Shown here: positions 7,926 through 16,879 of the stretch, piece after piece
Position numbering within the stretch: position 1 is the stretch's first letter
How the letters are laid out: every line of letters starts with the position of its first letter
NCBI GenBank assembly: GCA_964564895.1
Contig: CAZMCB010000002.1
Coordinates: 2,721-66,720 of the forward strand
DNA length: 64,000 nt
Direction: 5' to 3'
Source of the DNA: an uncultured Pseudomonadales bacterium
GTDB lineage: Bacteria; Patescibacteriota; Microgenomatia; UBA1400; MFAQ01
Notes under the pieces: generated by a model
The model's input: only the letters and a program-made list of their open reading frames with translations
Told to the model about the DNA's origin: nothing
Database searches by the model: none
Position numbers and translations under genes: made by a program

Positions 7926-8609
7926 TTGTGGCTTGTGCTTGCATTCTTGGCTATATTTCCTGTAGGCTTATTTATGAATCTAACCATAGAAAACAGTTTG
8001 GGAATGGACTCGTTATCTGTGAATTCTCAAGAAAAGATGAGCATGTCAGAAATTGGGGAACGCTTGAGAAAGGCGGTTCCAGGCATTGCTGTCATAGACA
8101 ATGATTTTTCTTTGAAAACTAAGGAGTATGAGCTGGGAATGGGTGGAAAACAGCCAGGAAGATTGCCTGAGGAATCAATGAATCTACTAAAAGACTTGAA
8201 AAGTTTAGGTTGGGAAGTGCTGGTAGTGTCTAATCAACCGAAAGAAGGCCATCAGATAGCGAGATTGGTGAAAGGTGTCTCTAAAGATAAGTATCCAATT
8301 TTTCCTGATAGTGTGAAGGAAGTCTTGGGAAATGAAGGCGTTGATGGAGGCGGAAAAGATTTTTTGTGGAAGAAATATAAAAATACTCAGGAGGCGATAA
8401 CAAAAACTGCCGAGTGGATATCGGGGAAAACCCAGAAGGTTTTGGGTCAAATATATTTTGTGGGAGACCGCGAAAGTGATGTGGAGTTTGCAAAAAAAGT
8501 GGAAGGTGATCTTAAAAATAGAGGAGAAAATAGAGTGGTAAATATTTGGAAAGTAAAAGGATTAGAACTGCCAAAAATACTGAAACCTTTAGAGAAATTT
8601 ATTCCTTAG
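7926..8609 (+). CDS. HAD superfamily (subfamily IIIA-like) hydrolase, putative, with N-terminal hydrophobic segment
   Basis: Candidate HAD motifs: VIDNDFSL (motif I DxD), LVVSNQP (motif II / IIIA SNQ), FVGDRESD (motif IV GDxxxD). Start uncertain. Confidence 0.4.
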   Translation: MWLVLAFLAIFPVGLFMNLTIENSLGMDSLSVNSQEKMSMSEIGERLRKAVPGIAVIDNDFSLKTKEYELGMGGKQPGRLPEESMNLLKDLKSLGWEVLVVSNQPKEGHQIARLVKGVSKDKYPIFPDSVKEVLGNEGVDGGGKDFLWKKYKNTQEAITKTAEWISGKTQKVLGQIYFVGDRESDVEFAKKVEGDLKNRGENRVVNIWKVKGLELPKILKPLEKFIP

Positions 8610-8629
8610 ATAGACTTGGTTGTGGTTAA

Positions 8630-9067
8630 ATGAAGGTAATGCCCAATGTATTAGGTCAAATGGCTCAGGACGTAGCCGAAAATTTGTATGAGGTTGGTAA
8701 AAGTGCTGTAAAAGGAACGGTAAATGCTGTGGCAGATGTAGCTTCTGAGTCGATTGAACAAATTACTACAGCTTCTGCATCAGTTACTACACCGGTACCT
8801 GAGAAACCGAGTACACCAACGGAATCTGGAAATATAGAAACTAGAAAAAGAGCTGAGCTAGAAAGATTTAATGAAGTAAAGGCTGAACTGGCCCAGTACA
8901 TTGAAAGAAAACAACAGTTAGATCAAAAAATTGCTCAAGAAAAAATGGAGGAAGACCAAGGAAAAAATCAGAAGAAAGCCATGGAAAAAGGAAAACGAGA
9001 TAATTGGGTAAGTAGAATCATAAATCGTTCACAAACAAATACTGAGAAAGGGAGATTGCAGGAGTAA
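8630..9067 (+). CDS. hypothetical protein, charged / coiled-coil C-terminus
   Basis: ORF with no recognisable family. Lys/Glu-rich predicted coiled coil. Confidence 0.4.
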   Translation: MKVMPNVLGQMAQDVAENLYEVGKSAVKGTVNAVADVASESIEQITTASASVTTPVPEKPSTPTESGNIETRKRAELERFNEVKAELAQYIERKQQLDQKIAQEKMEEDQGKNQKKAMEKGKRDNWVSRIINRSQTNTEKGRLQE

Positions 9068-9146
9068 ACTATTTAGCCTATAGGGGTTGTATTTTTTATT
9101 GATATGGGTTAAACTATGCCATCTTAGAACTTTAAGGAGGCGTTAC

Positions 9147-9593
9147 ATGGATAGACAAGTATTTGATTTGACTGTTAAATCAAGATGTGAGTTTCTGGCG
9201 TTGGGGAAAAACAACAGTGCCCTTGCTTTCAAAGCCGGTCTGATCTCTGGACTGAACTTCGGACTAGCGAGACTGAAAGCGACTGAACTGATTCCTGACT
9301 GGGATTTGGTTGACGTTTTAGGAAGTAACTCGATCATTATCGATCAGGCTGTTGAAATGGTTAACAAATCGATGCCAGTCGGTGTTTTTTGTGACGCGTC
9401 GATGTTTTTTGAGCCCGAACGAAGAGCTGATCCACAGTTTGCTCGTGGATTTACAGACGGCTTCTTTTATGTCTATAACCTCAGCGATTTCTTTCTTTCT
9501 CTCTTTCCTCGGAATCAGAGAGATTCACGATTTAATGAAACAAAATTGATCGTGGAATCTCGTAAAGCAGAAATTATGCAGTTCCAACTTTAA
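9147..9593 (+). CDS. hypothetical protein
   Basis: AAGGAGG RBS at 9133-9139 precedes the ATG at 9147; the longer ORF-track start at 9087 lacks an RBS. Followed by a strong terminator. Confidence 0.45.
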   Translation: MDRQVFDLTVKSRCEFLALGKNNSALAFKAGLISGLNFGLARLKATELIPDWDLVDVLGSNSIIIDQAVEMVNKSMPVGVFCDASMFFEPERRADPQFARGFTDGFFYVYNLSDFFLSLFPRNQRDSRFNETKLIVESRKAEIMQFQL

Positions 9594-9606
9594 AAAATAA
9601 TAAATA

Positions 9607-9632
9607 GCCCCGCCACTCGCGGGGCTTTTTTG
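9607..9632 (+). terminator. rho-independent terminator
   Basis: GCCCCGC-cact-CGCGGGGC hairpin plus TTTTTT. Confidence 0.8.
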
Positions 9633-9645
9633 TTACAATCGAGCT

Positions 9646-11055
9646 ATGCTACATCTCTACAACAGTCTTACAAAAAAAGTCGAAGAAATTGAACCTATCC
9701 GTGCTGGAGAAATTGGAATATATGCTTGTGGTCCAACTGTCTATGGATTTACTCATATTGGACATGGGAGAAAGTACGTAACAGATGATGTGTTGAGACG
9801 CACCTTGGAAGTAATTGAAGAGTTGAAAGTAAAACATGTCCAGAATGTAACTGACGTGGGACACTTGGTTTCTGATGGCGACGAAGGTGAAGATAAGATG
9901 GAGAAAGGCGCAGCTGCTTCTGGGAAAACTGTGTGGGAAGTAGCACAGAAGTACACAGAGTATTTCAATAATGTGATGGAGGAGCTTAATATCTTGCCTC
10001 CAACTGTTGTGTGCAAGGCTACAGATCATATTGATGATCAGATTGCATTAATAGAAAAAATAATGGCTAATGGATATGCATATGATACCGAAGAAGCAGT
10101 GTATTTTGACGTAACAAAATTTGAAGACTATGGCAAGATGTTTAATCAATCATTTGAGGATAAAACGGTAGGATCTCGTGATGAGGTGGAGACTGATAAT
10201 TTGAAGAAGCATCCCGCCGATTTTGTACTTTGGTTTAAGAGGGTGGGTAAATATAAAGATCACGTAATGCACTGGAGTAGTCCATGGGGAGATGGTTTCC
10301 CCGGTTGGCATATTGAGTGTAGTGCCATGAGTATGAAGTACTTAGGTGAACAGTTTGATATCCATACTGGGGGAGAAGATCATCTATCGATTCACCATCC
10401 AAATGAGATTGCTCAAAGTGAAGCGGGGACTGGCAAGAAACCATTTGTGAAGTACTGGATCCACACTACATTTCTTATGGTTGATGGTAAAAAGATGAGT
10501 AAAAGTTTGGGGAATCTTTATAAACTAACCGACCTTGCTGAAAAAGGATTTTCACCATTGGCGCTACGTTACTATTTCTTGACTACTCATTATCGAAAGC
10601 AGATGAACTTCACTTGGGAGGGTTTGACTGGGGCGAGAACTGCGCTTAGCAAACTCAATAAAATGGTGGTTGACCTGCGTGATATTTCGGTAACTGCTGA
10701 TGGCTGGTCAGATGAAGGAAAAGCTTACTATGACAAGTTTGTAGCAGCGATGGAGGATGATTTGAATACTTCCTCGGCTTTATCTATTGTTTGGGAAATG
10801 ATGAAGAGCGAAATCTCTGATGAAGCAAAAAAGAATTTGATCAATGTAATGGACTCTGTTTTGGCGTTAAATTTGGGGACAGAAGAGGATAAGAATATTG
10901 GAATTCCTGAGGACATAAAAGAACTACTTGCTAAAAGAGAAGAGGCAAGAAAAGCCAAAAACTGGGCTGAGTCTGATGCTGTCCGAAACCAGATTGCAGA
11001 AATGGGATATAAGGTTGAAGACTATGCCGATGGAGTAAAAGTGGAGAAGATTTGA
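9646..11055 (+). CDS. cysS: cysteine--tRNA ligase
   Basis: Class I aaRS HIGH (HIGHGR) and KMSKS motifs. Zinc-binding Cys/His residues typical of CysRS. Confidence 0.9.
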   Translation: MLHLYNSLTKKVEEIEPIRAGEIGIYACGPTVYGFTHIGHGRKYVTDDVLRRTLEVIEELKVKHVQNVTDVGHLVSDGDEGEDKMEKGAAASGKTVWEVAQKYTEYFNNVMEELNILPPTVVCKATDHIDDQIALIEKIMANGYAYDTEEAVYFDVTKFEDYGKMFNQSFEDKTVGSRDEVETDNLKKHPADFVLWFKRVGKYKDHVMHWSSPWGDGFPGWHIECSAMSMKYLGEQFDIHTGGEDHLSIHHPNEIAQSEAGTGKKPFVKYWIHTTFLMVDGKKMSKSLGNLYKLTDLAEKGFSPLALRYYFLTTHYRKQMNFTWEGLTGARTALSKLNKMVVDLRDISVTADGWSDEGKAYYDKFVAAMEDDLNTSSALSIVWEMMKSEISDEAKKNLINVMDSVLALNLGTEEDKNIGIPEDIKELLAKREEARKAKNWAESDAVRNQIAEMGYKVEDYADGVKVEKI

Positions 11056-11294
11056 TGAAAAGTTGGTATGTATATATTGTGGAGTGTGGGGACGGAACTT
11101 TATATACCGGAATTACGGATGATGTAGAAAGCAGAATATTGGCACATAATTCTGGTAAAGGAGCGAAATATACCAAAGGCAGATGTCCTGTTGTTTTGAA
11201 ATATTCTGAGGAAGTGATGGGAAGAAGTGAAGCGACAAAAAGGGAGATCGAGATAAAGAAAATGAAAAAGGGAATGAAGATTGGTTTGTGGTAA
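11052..11294 (+). CDS. GIY-YIG nuclease domain protein (UPF0213/YhbQ-like)
   Basis: WYVYIVECGDGTLYTGITDDVESRILAHN matches the GIY-YIG motif. 80 aa. Confidence 0.75.
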   Translation: MMKSWYVYIVECGDGTLYTGITDDVESRILAHNSGKGAKYTKGRCPVVLKYSEEVMGRSEATKREIEIKKMKKGMKIGLW

Positions 11295-11332
11295 GATTCT
11301 CACCAAGAACACTTTAACAATGGAGGTAATCA

Positions 11333-11653
11333 ATGGAGCCTGTATTTATGGCAAATGATGTTGGAGGAGTGGTTTATGTAGGAAAAAATGAACTGGTGAT
11401 AAAGTTTTCCAAAGGAGTCGAACATAGCGTTCGTGTAAATACAAAAGAACTGTGGAAGTTATTGAATTCTAAAAAAGATGAAGACTGGGAAAATGAAAAG
11501 GTTTTAATTGAGCCAATGTATTTTGATATTGTTACTTGGAAAACATTTGTTTTAATCACCATTAAGAACTCAGTTCAAGATGATGATATTGCTACAGTAT
11601 TTCAGAATGATTTCAAAAAAGCCTTGAATGCTGTGGAGTATATGCCGAACTGA
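11333..11653 (+). CDS. hypothetical protein
   Basis: RBS GGAGG upstream. No family recognised. Confidence 0.45.
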   Translation: MEPVFMANDVGGVVYVGKNELVIKFSKGVEHSVRVNTKELWKLLNSKKDEDWENEKVLIEPMYFDIVTWKTFVLITIKNSVQDDDIATVFQNDFKKALNAVEYMPN

Positions 11654-11660
11654 TTTATTT

Positions 11661-11686
11661 ACCCCGTCTTAATGGCGGGGTTTTTG
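11661..11686 (+). terminator. rho-independent terminator
   Basis: ACCCCG-tcttaatgg-CGGGGT hairpin followed by TTTTT. This pushes the next CDS start to 11702. Confidence 0.7.
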
Positions 11687-11701
11687 TGGTATATTTTGCC
11701 C

Positions 11702-12832
11702 ATGCAAAGTAGCATCGAACAAGCGGGAAGAATCAAGATATATGCAATAGACAAAGACATACTGGACCTTAATGTGATGACAGGTCCAAAAAGAAGTTTG
11801 GCCTTGGCAGAACATAGAGATTTTACGGGAGTGCCGGAAGAGGGAATGGGCTTGATGCGAACAGTGATGGTGGCTCACTTGATAGCGCCATATTTTCCTA
11901 AAATAATTGAGACGAATTTTGGAGTTAGTGATAGTGTATTTATTAACGAGCTTTATAAATATTATGGATACAAACCACCCGTTCTTGAGACCACAAATGA
12001 AATTATTTCTAGAAATAACGGGGGAGAAGTAAAAGAAACAAGAAAGATTGAGATTGCAAACGCCCATTCTGGTGGTCTGGACTCGGCTTTTCGTATGACG
12101 AAACTAATGGAAGAAGGAAAGTCGGTGATGGGGGTACATTTACGAAACTTGAATACCAAAGGGAACAAGGCAGAGTTTGTGGCGAGTAAAACGCAGTGTG
12201 AAGAATGGGGAGTACCTTTTGAAAATGTGAAACTTAGAAATGGCTCATTGAATGGTGGTTTTGATACGATGAGAACTCGAGATTTTCTTTTGGCAATTGT
12301 TTCGGCGGTAACAGCATTTCCATATGGCGCTAATAAGGTGATGATTGAAGGGGGAATGTTTGATGATCCAGAGAAGGGACACTTTAGTGAGTATTCCGAA
12401 GGGTGGAAAATGTTTAATAAACTAATTGCTGATGCTAATCTGAAAATGGAAGTTGAGGGGATTGATCCAGGTGACGTGGAAACTGTTGGTGAGGTGATTA
12501 AACTGGAAAAGAGTTTAGGAATTGAGATACTGCCACTCATTCAAAACTGTTTTAGTGCACCGTTTCAGCGACCTAACTCGAGACAAAAATGGGAAAGAGA
12601 GACTCCAACTATTGCTATAAATAGTTCGAAAGAGCATTGGTGTGGAAGTTGCTTGAAATGCAGAAGAATGACGATGGGGAGACTGGTGTATCAAGATCCA
12701 AGACTTACAAATGTGCCAGAGTCTGAGATTAAATATTTTGTAAAAGATACTTACAACTGGCTGCGAATGTACAAACATAACGGGGACATGGTTTCAAAAA
12801 GCTTTTTGGATCATTTGGCTCGTTTGTGCTAA
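11702..12832 (+). CDS. PP-loop ATP pyrophosphatase family protein, QueC-like domain with ~110-aa N-terminal extension
   Basis: SGGLDS PP-loop (ANAHSGGLDSAF) and C-terminal CGSCLKCRRM zinc motif resembling QueC CGxCxxCxxR. The annotated ATG at 11672 lies inside the terminator hairpin, so start at 11702. Confidence 0.5.
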   Translation: MQSSIEQAGRIKIYAIDKDILDLNVMTGPKRSLALAEHRDFTGVPEEGMGLMRTVMVAHLIAPYFPKIIETNFGVSDSVFINELYKYYGYKPPVLETTNEIISRNNGGEVKETRKIEIANAHSGGLDSAFRMTKLMEEGKSVMGVHLRNLNTKGNKAEFVASKTQCEEWGVPFENVKLRNGSLNGGFDTMRTRDFLLAIVSAVTAFPYGANKVMIEGGMFDDPEKGHFSEYSEGWKMFNKLIADANLKMEVEGIDPGDVETVGEVIKLEKSLGIEILPLIQNCFSAPFQRPNSRQKWERETPTIAINSSKEHWCGSCLKCRRMTMGRLVYQDPRLTNVPESEIKYFVKDTYNWLRMYKHNGDMVSKSFLDHLARLC

Positions 12833-12875
12833 AATACTCGTTATAGGTCTTTAAAATATTTTTCGAGGAGGATGG

Positions 12876-13511
12876 ATGACACGTATTTCTTTGCATGATG
12901 GTTTGGCACAGGTGAAATATACTGATGTAACTTTTGTAGGCAGACATTTTAAAGTAACAAATTTGGTAGAACAACACCAAAAATTTGATGGATCAATGTC
13001 TGATCCGTTTACTTGGCAGATAACACGACGCAATCCTTTTGTAACTGTATTAATCCACAATGTTCCAACTGATGAGATTATCATCGTGGAACAGTTTCGT
13101 CCCGCAACAATGATGATGGATGGATTGTCCAATGGTGTTCCATACAAGAAAAGTGGAATGATGTTGGAGCTTGTTGCTGGAGGACTTGGTAAAGATACTC
13201 CTGAAGGTTGCGCTCGAAGAGAAGCTAAGGAAGAAGCAAAGATAGAGCTTGGTGAGTTGTTTGAAATGCCTAGTGCTTATCCTTCTCCTGGTGGTACTGA
13301 TGAGTATGGGTATTTATTTTATGCTCCGGTATATGTAGATACTACGATTAAAGAATATATCGGTGGGCTGCCAGAAGAGAACGAAGATATTTTTGTTCGC
13401 TGGATCAGATTTAGTGCGGCGATGTCGATGTGTTTGTCTGGCGAAATTAATGATCAGAAAACACAAAACGGAATACTATTTGGTGAAAAGTTACGCAGAA
13501 CACTAGATTGA
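12876..13511 (+). CDS. NUDIX hydrolase (ADP-ribose pyrophosphatase-like)
   Basis: Nudix box GGLGKDTPEGCARREAKEEAKIELG (Gx5Ex7REUxEExGU). GAGGAGG RBS. Confidence 0.7.
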   Translation: MTRISLHDGLAQVKYTDVTFVGRHFKVTNLVEQHQKFDGSMSDPFTWQITRRNPFVTVLIHNVPTDEIIIVEQFRPATMMMDGLSNGVPYKKSGMMLELVAGGLGKDTPEGCARREAKEEAKIELGELFEMPSAYPSPGGTDEYGYLFYAPVYVDTTIKEYIGGLPEENEDIFVRWIRFSAAMSMCLSGEINDQKTQNGILFGEKLRRTLD

Positions 13512-13519
13512 GTATTAAT

Positions 13520-13550
13520 AACCAGGTTTGCAATCGCAGCCTGGTTTTTT
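13520..13550 (+). terminator. rho-independent terminator
   Basis: AACCAGG..CCTGGTT hairpin followed by TTTTTT. Confidence 0.7.
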
Positions 13551-13552
13551 GT

Positions 13553-13580
13553 ACAAAAAACCCGCCATTTCTGGCGGGTG
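13553..13580 (-). terminator. rho-independent terminator (minus strand)
   Basis: CCCGCCA-tttc-TGGCGGG hairpin with an A-run on the plus strand (T-run on minus). Back-to-back with the + strand terminator. Confidence 0.7.
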
Positions 13581-13588
13581 AGTTTGGT

Positions 13589-14167
13589 TTAGTAAGCCAT
13601 ATGAGGAGTTGATGGGGAGATGTGCCACTGTAATTTTACTGAGCAGCTTGGACAAACCGATGGTTGCTTATCAAGGTCAAGACTTGTTTGGCATTTTGAA
13701 CAGGTCGCTTGAGACGTTACAACATAAATACCGTATTTTGTGGTGATCGGAGGTGTATCTGGCCATTCGAGGATTACTTCGTGCTTGATTTCTGAACCAC
13801 ATTTCTGGCACGAAAATAATGTTTGACTTGTCTCATTACATTTTGGGCAGATGAATCTTTCCAGATATGGATGTGCCATAGCAATGTTGTCCAATCCTTG
13901 GGAAATTTCCAGAAGGTTGGAGAGATAAGGACTTGCATTGGTCACCAAAATATATGAATCGTTTATTTTGATGATATTTTTTGGCTCAAATAGTATAAGA
14001 CAAACAGGAATCTGCAATTGAGGATTCTCAGATTTTATTTGCCAGAAACTATTACCAACACCGAGTATTTCGCCCGTAGGAAGTTTTACATAACCGACTG
14101 TATCAAAGTTGTGTCCTGCGGTATATTCGACATTTTTCCAGTTGAAATAGATTTTACGCTTAAACAT
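13589..14167 (-). CDS. hypothetical protein with two C4 zinc-ribbon motifs
   Basis: CPKC..x15..CQKC and CSKC..x14..CPSC pairs in the C-terminal half. N-terminal domain unknown. Confidence 0.5.
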   Translation of the reverse strand: MFKRKIYFNWKNVEYTAGHNFDTVGYVKLPTGEILGVGNSFWQIKSENPQLQIPVCLILFEPKNIIKINDSYILVTNASPYLSNLLEISQGLDNIAMAHPYLERFICPKCNETSQTLFSCQKCGSEIKHEVILEWPDTPPITTKYGIYVVTSQATCSKCQTSLDLDKQPSVCPSCSVKLQWHISPSTPHMAY

Positions 14168-14235
14168 TTAAAGTGCCTCCTGATGAATTTAAAGTTCGAT
14201 GGAGAGATTATAGCTCAGCATGAGATAATAGTGGA

Positions 14236-15282
14236 ATGAGTTTAAAGGTTGGCATCGTTGGTTTACCAAACGTGGGAAAGTCCACGCTTTTTAACGCGCT
14301 TTTGAAGCGTCAACAGGCTTTGGTGGCAAATTATCCATTTGCAACGATTGAACCCAATGTGGGTGTAGTAGAAGTGCCTGATGAGCGTTTGGCGACACTC
14401 GCCAAGATAAGTAACAGCGGAAAGATTGTGCCAGCGACAGTTGAGTTTGTGGATATTGCAGGGTTGGTGGCCGGAGCGGCAACTGGGGCTGGCCTCGGAA
14501 ACAAGTTTTTGACTCATATCCGAGAGGTAGACGTAATATTGCAAGTAATGAGGGATTTTTGTGATTCTGAGATTGTCAAAGAGGGCTCAGTCGACCCTGA
14601 AACTGACTATGCCGTGATTGAAACTGAACTAATTCTTAAAGATTTGGAAACTGTGACGAAAACACTTGAAAGTAAAGATACTAAAGCAAAGGGAAACGAA
14701 AAGAAAAAAGCCGTAGTAGAGAGATTGTTTGCAGGATTAAATGACGGTAAACCTGCAAGAGAAATATTAAAAACAGAAGAGGACTGGGAGCTCGCAAGAG
14801 ATCTATTTTTATTAACTGCAAAAAAGGAGATTAAAGTTTATAACGTGGCAGAAGATGACAAGAGACTACGAGAACCGATGAGGGATAATTTATTTATTAG
14901 TGCCAAGGTGGAGTCTGAACTTTCTAGCTTGGATGAGACTGACGCTAAAGCATATATGGCAGAACTGGGAATTAAAGAATCTGGTTTGGATATGCTAATA
15001 AATAAAGCATATGAAACTTTGGGATTGATTTCTTTTTTGACGACAGGGGAGATGGAAAGTAGGGCGTGGACAACAACCTTAGGCGCCAAGGCACCAAAAG
15101 CTGCTGCCGTGATTCATACTGATTTTGAAAAGAAATTTATTAAAGCCAAAGTTTGTGATTATGAGAAATTTGTGGAAGCAGGCGGTTGGAAAGAGGCGGC
15201 AGATAAAGGCTGGGTTAGGTTTGAGGGTAAGGAGTATGAGATGAAAGATGGAGACGTGGTGGAGTTTATGATAGGGTCCTAG
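14236..15282 (+). CDS. ychF: ribosome-binding ATPase YchF (Obg-family GTPase)
   Basis: G1 motif GLPNVGKST at N-terminus. YchF-specific coiled-coil insert and C-terminal TGS domain. Confidence 0.9.
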   Translation: MSLKVGIVGLPNVGKSTLFNALLKRQQALVANYPFATIEPNVGVVEVPDERLATLAKISNSGKIVPATVEFVDIAGLVAGAATGAGLGNKFLTHIREVDVILQVMRDFCDSEIVKEGSVDPETDYAVIETELILKDLETVTKTLESKDTKAKGNEKKKAVVERLFAGLNDGKPAREILKTEEDWELARDLFLLTAKKEIKVYNVAEDDKRLREPMRDNLFISAKVESELSSLDETDAKAYMAELGIKESGLDMLINKAYETLGLISFLTTGEMESRAWTTTLGAKAPKAAAVIHTDFEKKFIKAKVCDYEKFVEAGGWKEAADKGWVRFEGKEYEMKDGDVVEFMIGS

Positions 15283-15345
15283 AATTGACTTTTAGGCTCA
15301 GTCGTGATATACTATAAGTCTACTTTGAAATTTCAAGGAGGAATA

Positions 15346-15540
15346 ATGAACCCAGGCTGGCATTTCTTTTTTGCAGTGGTTTTTCTCATTGCTGCACAGG
15401 TATTTAAAAAACCGGCATCAGATGTTCAAGATATGGTGAAAGTTCCGCCTTTGACTGCATCACTGTTGGTTTTTGTTTTTTACTTTCTTTGCGGCTTAGC
15501 AGCTTTATTGGGAATATTGAAAATATTTTCGCCAACATAA
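15346..15540 (+). CDS. small hydrophobic membrane protein (hypothetical)
   Basis: AAGGAGG RBS then ATG 15346. Two predicted TM helices. Followed by a terminator. Confidence 0.35.
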   Translation: MNPGWHFFFAVVFLIAAQVFKKPASDVQDMVKVPPLTASLLVFVFYFLCGLAALLGILKIFSPT

Positions 15541-15549
15541 GTTTTATTG

Positions 15550-15582
15550 AACCCTTTGAGTTTAATCTCAGAGGGTTTTTTT
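15550..15582 (+). terminator. rho-independent terminator
   Basis: CCCTTTGAG..CTCAGAGGG hairpin followed by TTTTTTT. Confidence 0.7.
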
Positions 15583-15712
15583 GTGGCTATTTATGGTAAG
15601 AGCTTGCTCGATTTTTCTCAATAACTTCGTTATTATAATTAAAAATCTTGCGCTTCCTCTTATACTGAAACACCCATAATCACTGCGTCATTATGGGGAT
15701 TGGTATAGAATT

Positions 15713-15721
15713 CTCTGGTAT
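15713..15721 (+). promoter_or_regulatory. extended -10 promoter element (TGGTATAAT) for the rpsF-ssb-rpsR operon
   Basis: TGnTATAAT at 15713-15721, upstream of rpsF. Confidence 0.4.
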
Positions 15722-15791
15722 AATAGTCGAGTTAACAAAAAACCAAATTAAGGTGAAAAAAACAAAGACAACCGAAACCAAACCATCGTCC

Positions 15792-16076
15792 ATGGGCTCG
15801 ACTCTAAACAAGTACGAACTCGTTGTCATTTATCCTGTCTCTGAGAATGAAATCGGAGCCGAGAAAGCTATTACTGAGAAGTGCAAGAAACGCGCTTTGA
15901 AAGTAGAAGCTGTTGATAAATGGGGAACAAAAACGATGGCTTACGAGATTAAAAAACAGAGTAGAGGATACTACCTCAAACTCACTATCGAAGGCGCCCC
16001 AACTGCTGCCAAAGAACTCGAGAGAGATTTGCAGATGGATGATAAGCTGTTAAGATATTTATTGATTAGGATTTAA
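15792..16076 (+). CDS. rpsF: 30S ribosomal protein S6
   Basis: YELVVIYPVSE..WGTKTMAYEI motifs of S6. The ATG at 15693 lies upstream of the predicted -10, so the start is taken as ATG 15792. A GTG at 15744 giving a Lys/Thr-rich N-terminal extension is an alternative. Confidence 0.7.
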   Translation: MGSTLNKYELVVIYPVSENEIGAEKAITEKCKKRALKVEAVDKWGTKTMAYEIKKQSRGYYLKLTIEGAPTAAKELERDLQMDDKLLRYLLIRI

Positions 16077-16095
16077 TAAAAGAGGAGGAAATACA

Positions 16096-16605
16096 ATGAG
16101 TACACGTAGTTTAAACAAAGTTCAGTTAATTGGTAATCTTACCCGTGACCCTGAGTTGAAATACACTCCAGCAGGTACCGGAGTCTGCACTTTTGGTTTG
16201 GCAACAAACAGAGAGTGGACCGACTCAAGTGGTCAGAAACAAGAAGGTGCTGAGTTTCATCGAATAGTTGCTTGGGGAAAATTGGGAGAGATCTGTTCTC
16301 AACTAATGTCCAAAGGCCGCAAGGTGTATGTAGAAGGTCGTTTGCAGACTCGTGCATGGAAAAGCCAAGATGGAGCTGATCGTCAGGTAACTGAAGTAGT
16401 TATTGATGAAATGATTCTATTGGATGCTCCTAAAGGAGACCGTGCCGATGGTGGTTACGAAACACATTACAGTGCAGATGACGCAGTTTCTCCTATAGCT
16501 GATGTAACTGCCGCTGAAGAAGTGTTTAACCCAGAAGAAGAAAAAGTTGAAAAGAAATCAAAGAAAGAAGAAGTAAAAGAGGAGTCTGATGAGATTCCTT
16601 TCTAA
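16096..16605 (+). CDS. ssb: single-stranded DNA-binding protein
   Basis: OB-fold N-terminus (LNKVQLIGNLTRDPEL.YTP.G), acidic C-terminal tail ending DEIPF. Confidence 0.9.
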   Translation: MSTRSLNKVQLIGNLTRDPELKYTPAGTGVCTFGLATNREWTDSSGQKQEGAEFHRIVAWGKLGEICSQLMSKGRKVYVEGRLQTRAWKSQDGADRQVTEVVIDEMILLDAPKGDRADGGYETHYSADDAVSPIADVTAAEEVFNPEEEKVEKKSKKEEVKEESDEIPF

Positions 16606-16627
16606 TTAGAATATACAAAAAAATATA

Positions 16628-16858
16628 ATGATCACAAAAAAGAAAATCAGAAAGTCAAATAAGCCATGTCCATTTTGCTTGAAGAAAACCGAGCCGGTTT
16701 ACTCCGACCTTGAGTCTTTGGCAATTGGTGTGTCTCCTAAGAAGAGAATTGTGTCTCGTTGGACCACAGGTGTTTGCGAAAAACATCAGCTCCGACTTGC
16801 CCGTTCGATAAAACGAGCCAGACACTTGGCCCTTCTCCCTGTGACTGACAGAGTTTAA
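16628..16858 (+). CDS. rpsR: 30S ribosomal protein S18
   Basis: CPFC...SDLESL...ISPKKRIVSRW...KHQLRLARSIKRARHLALLP matches S18. rpsF-ssb-rpsR synteny. Confidence 0.85.
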   Translation: MITKKKIRKSNKPCPFCLKKTEPVYSDLESLAIGVSPKKRIVSRWTTGVCEKHQLRLARSIKRARHLALLPVTDRV

Positions 16859-16879
16859 TTAACAAATTTATTACTGTTT

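Noticed and set aside
14018-14239. 73-aa plus-strand ORF upstream of ychF
   Set aside because: It overlaps the 5' end of the better-supported minus-strand zinc-ribbon gene, and there is no RBS.
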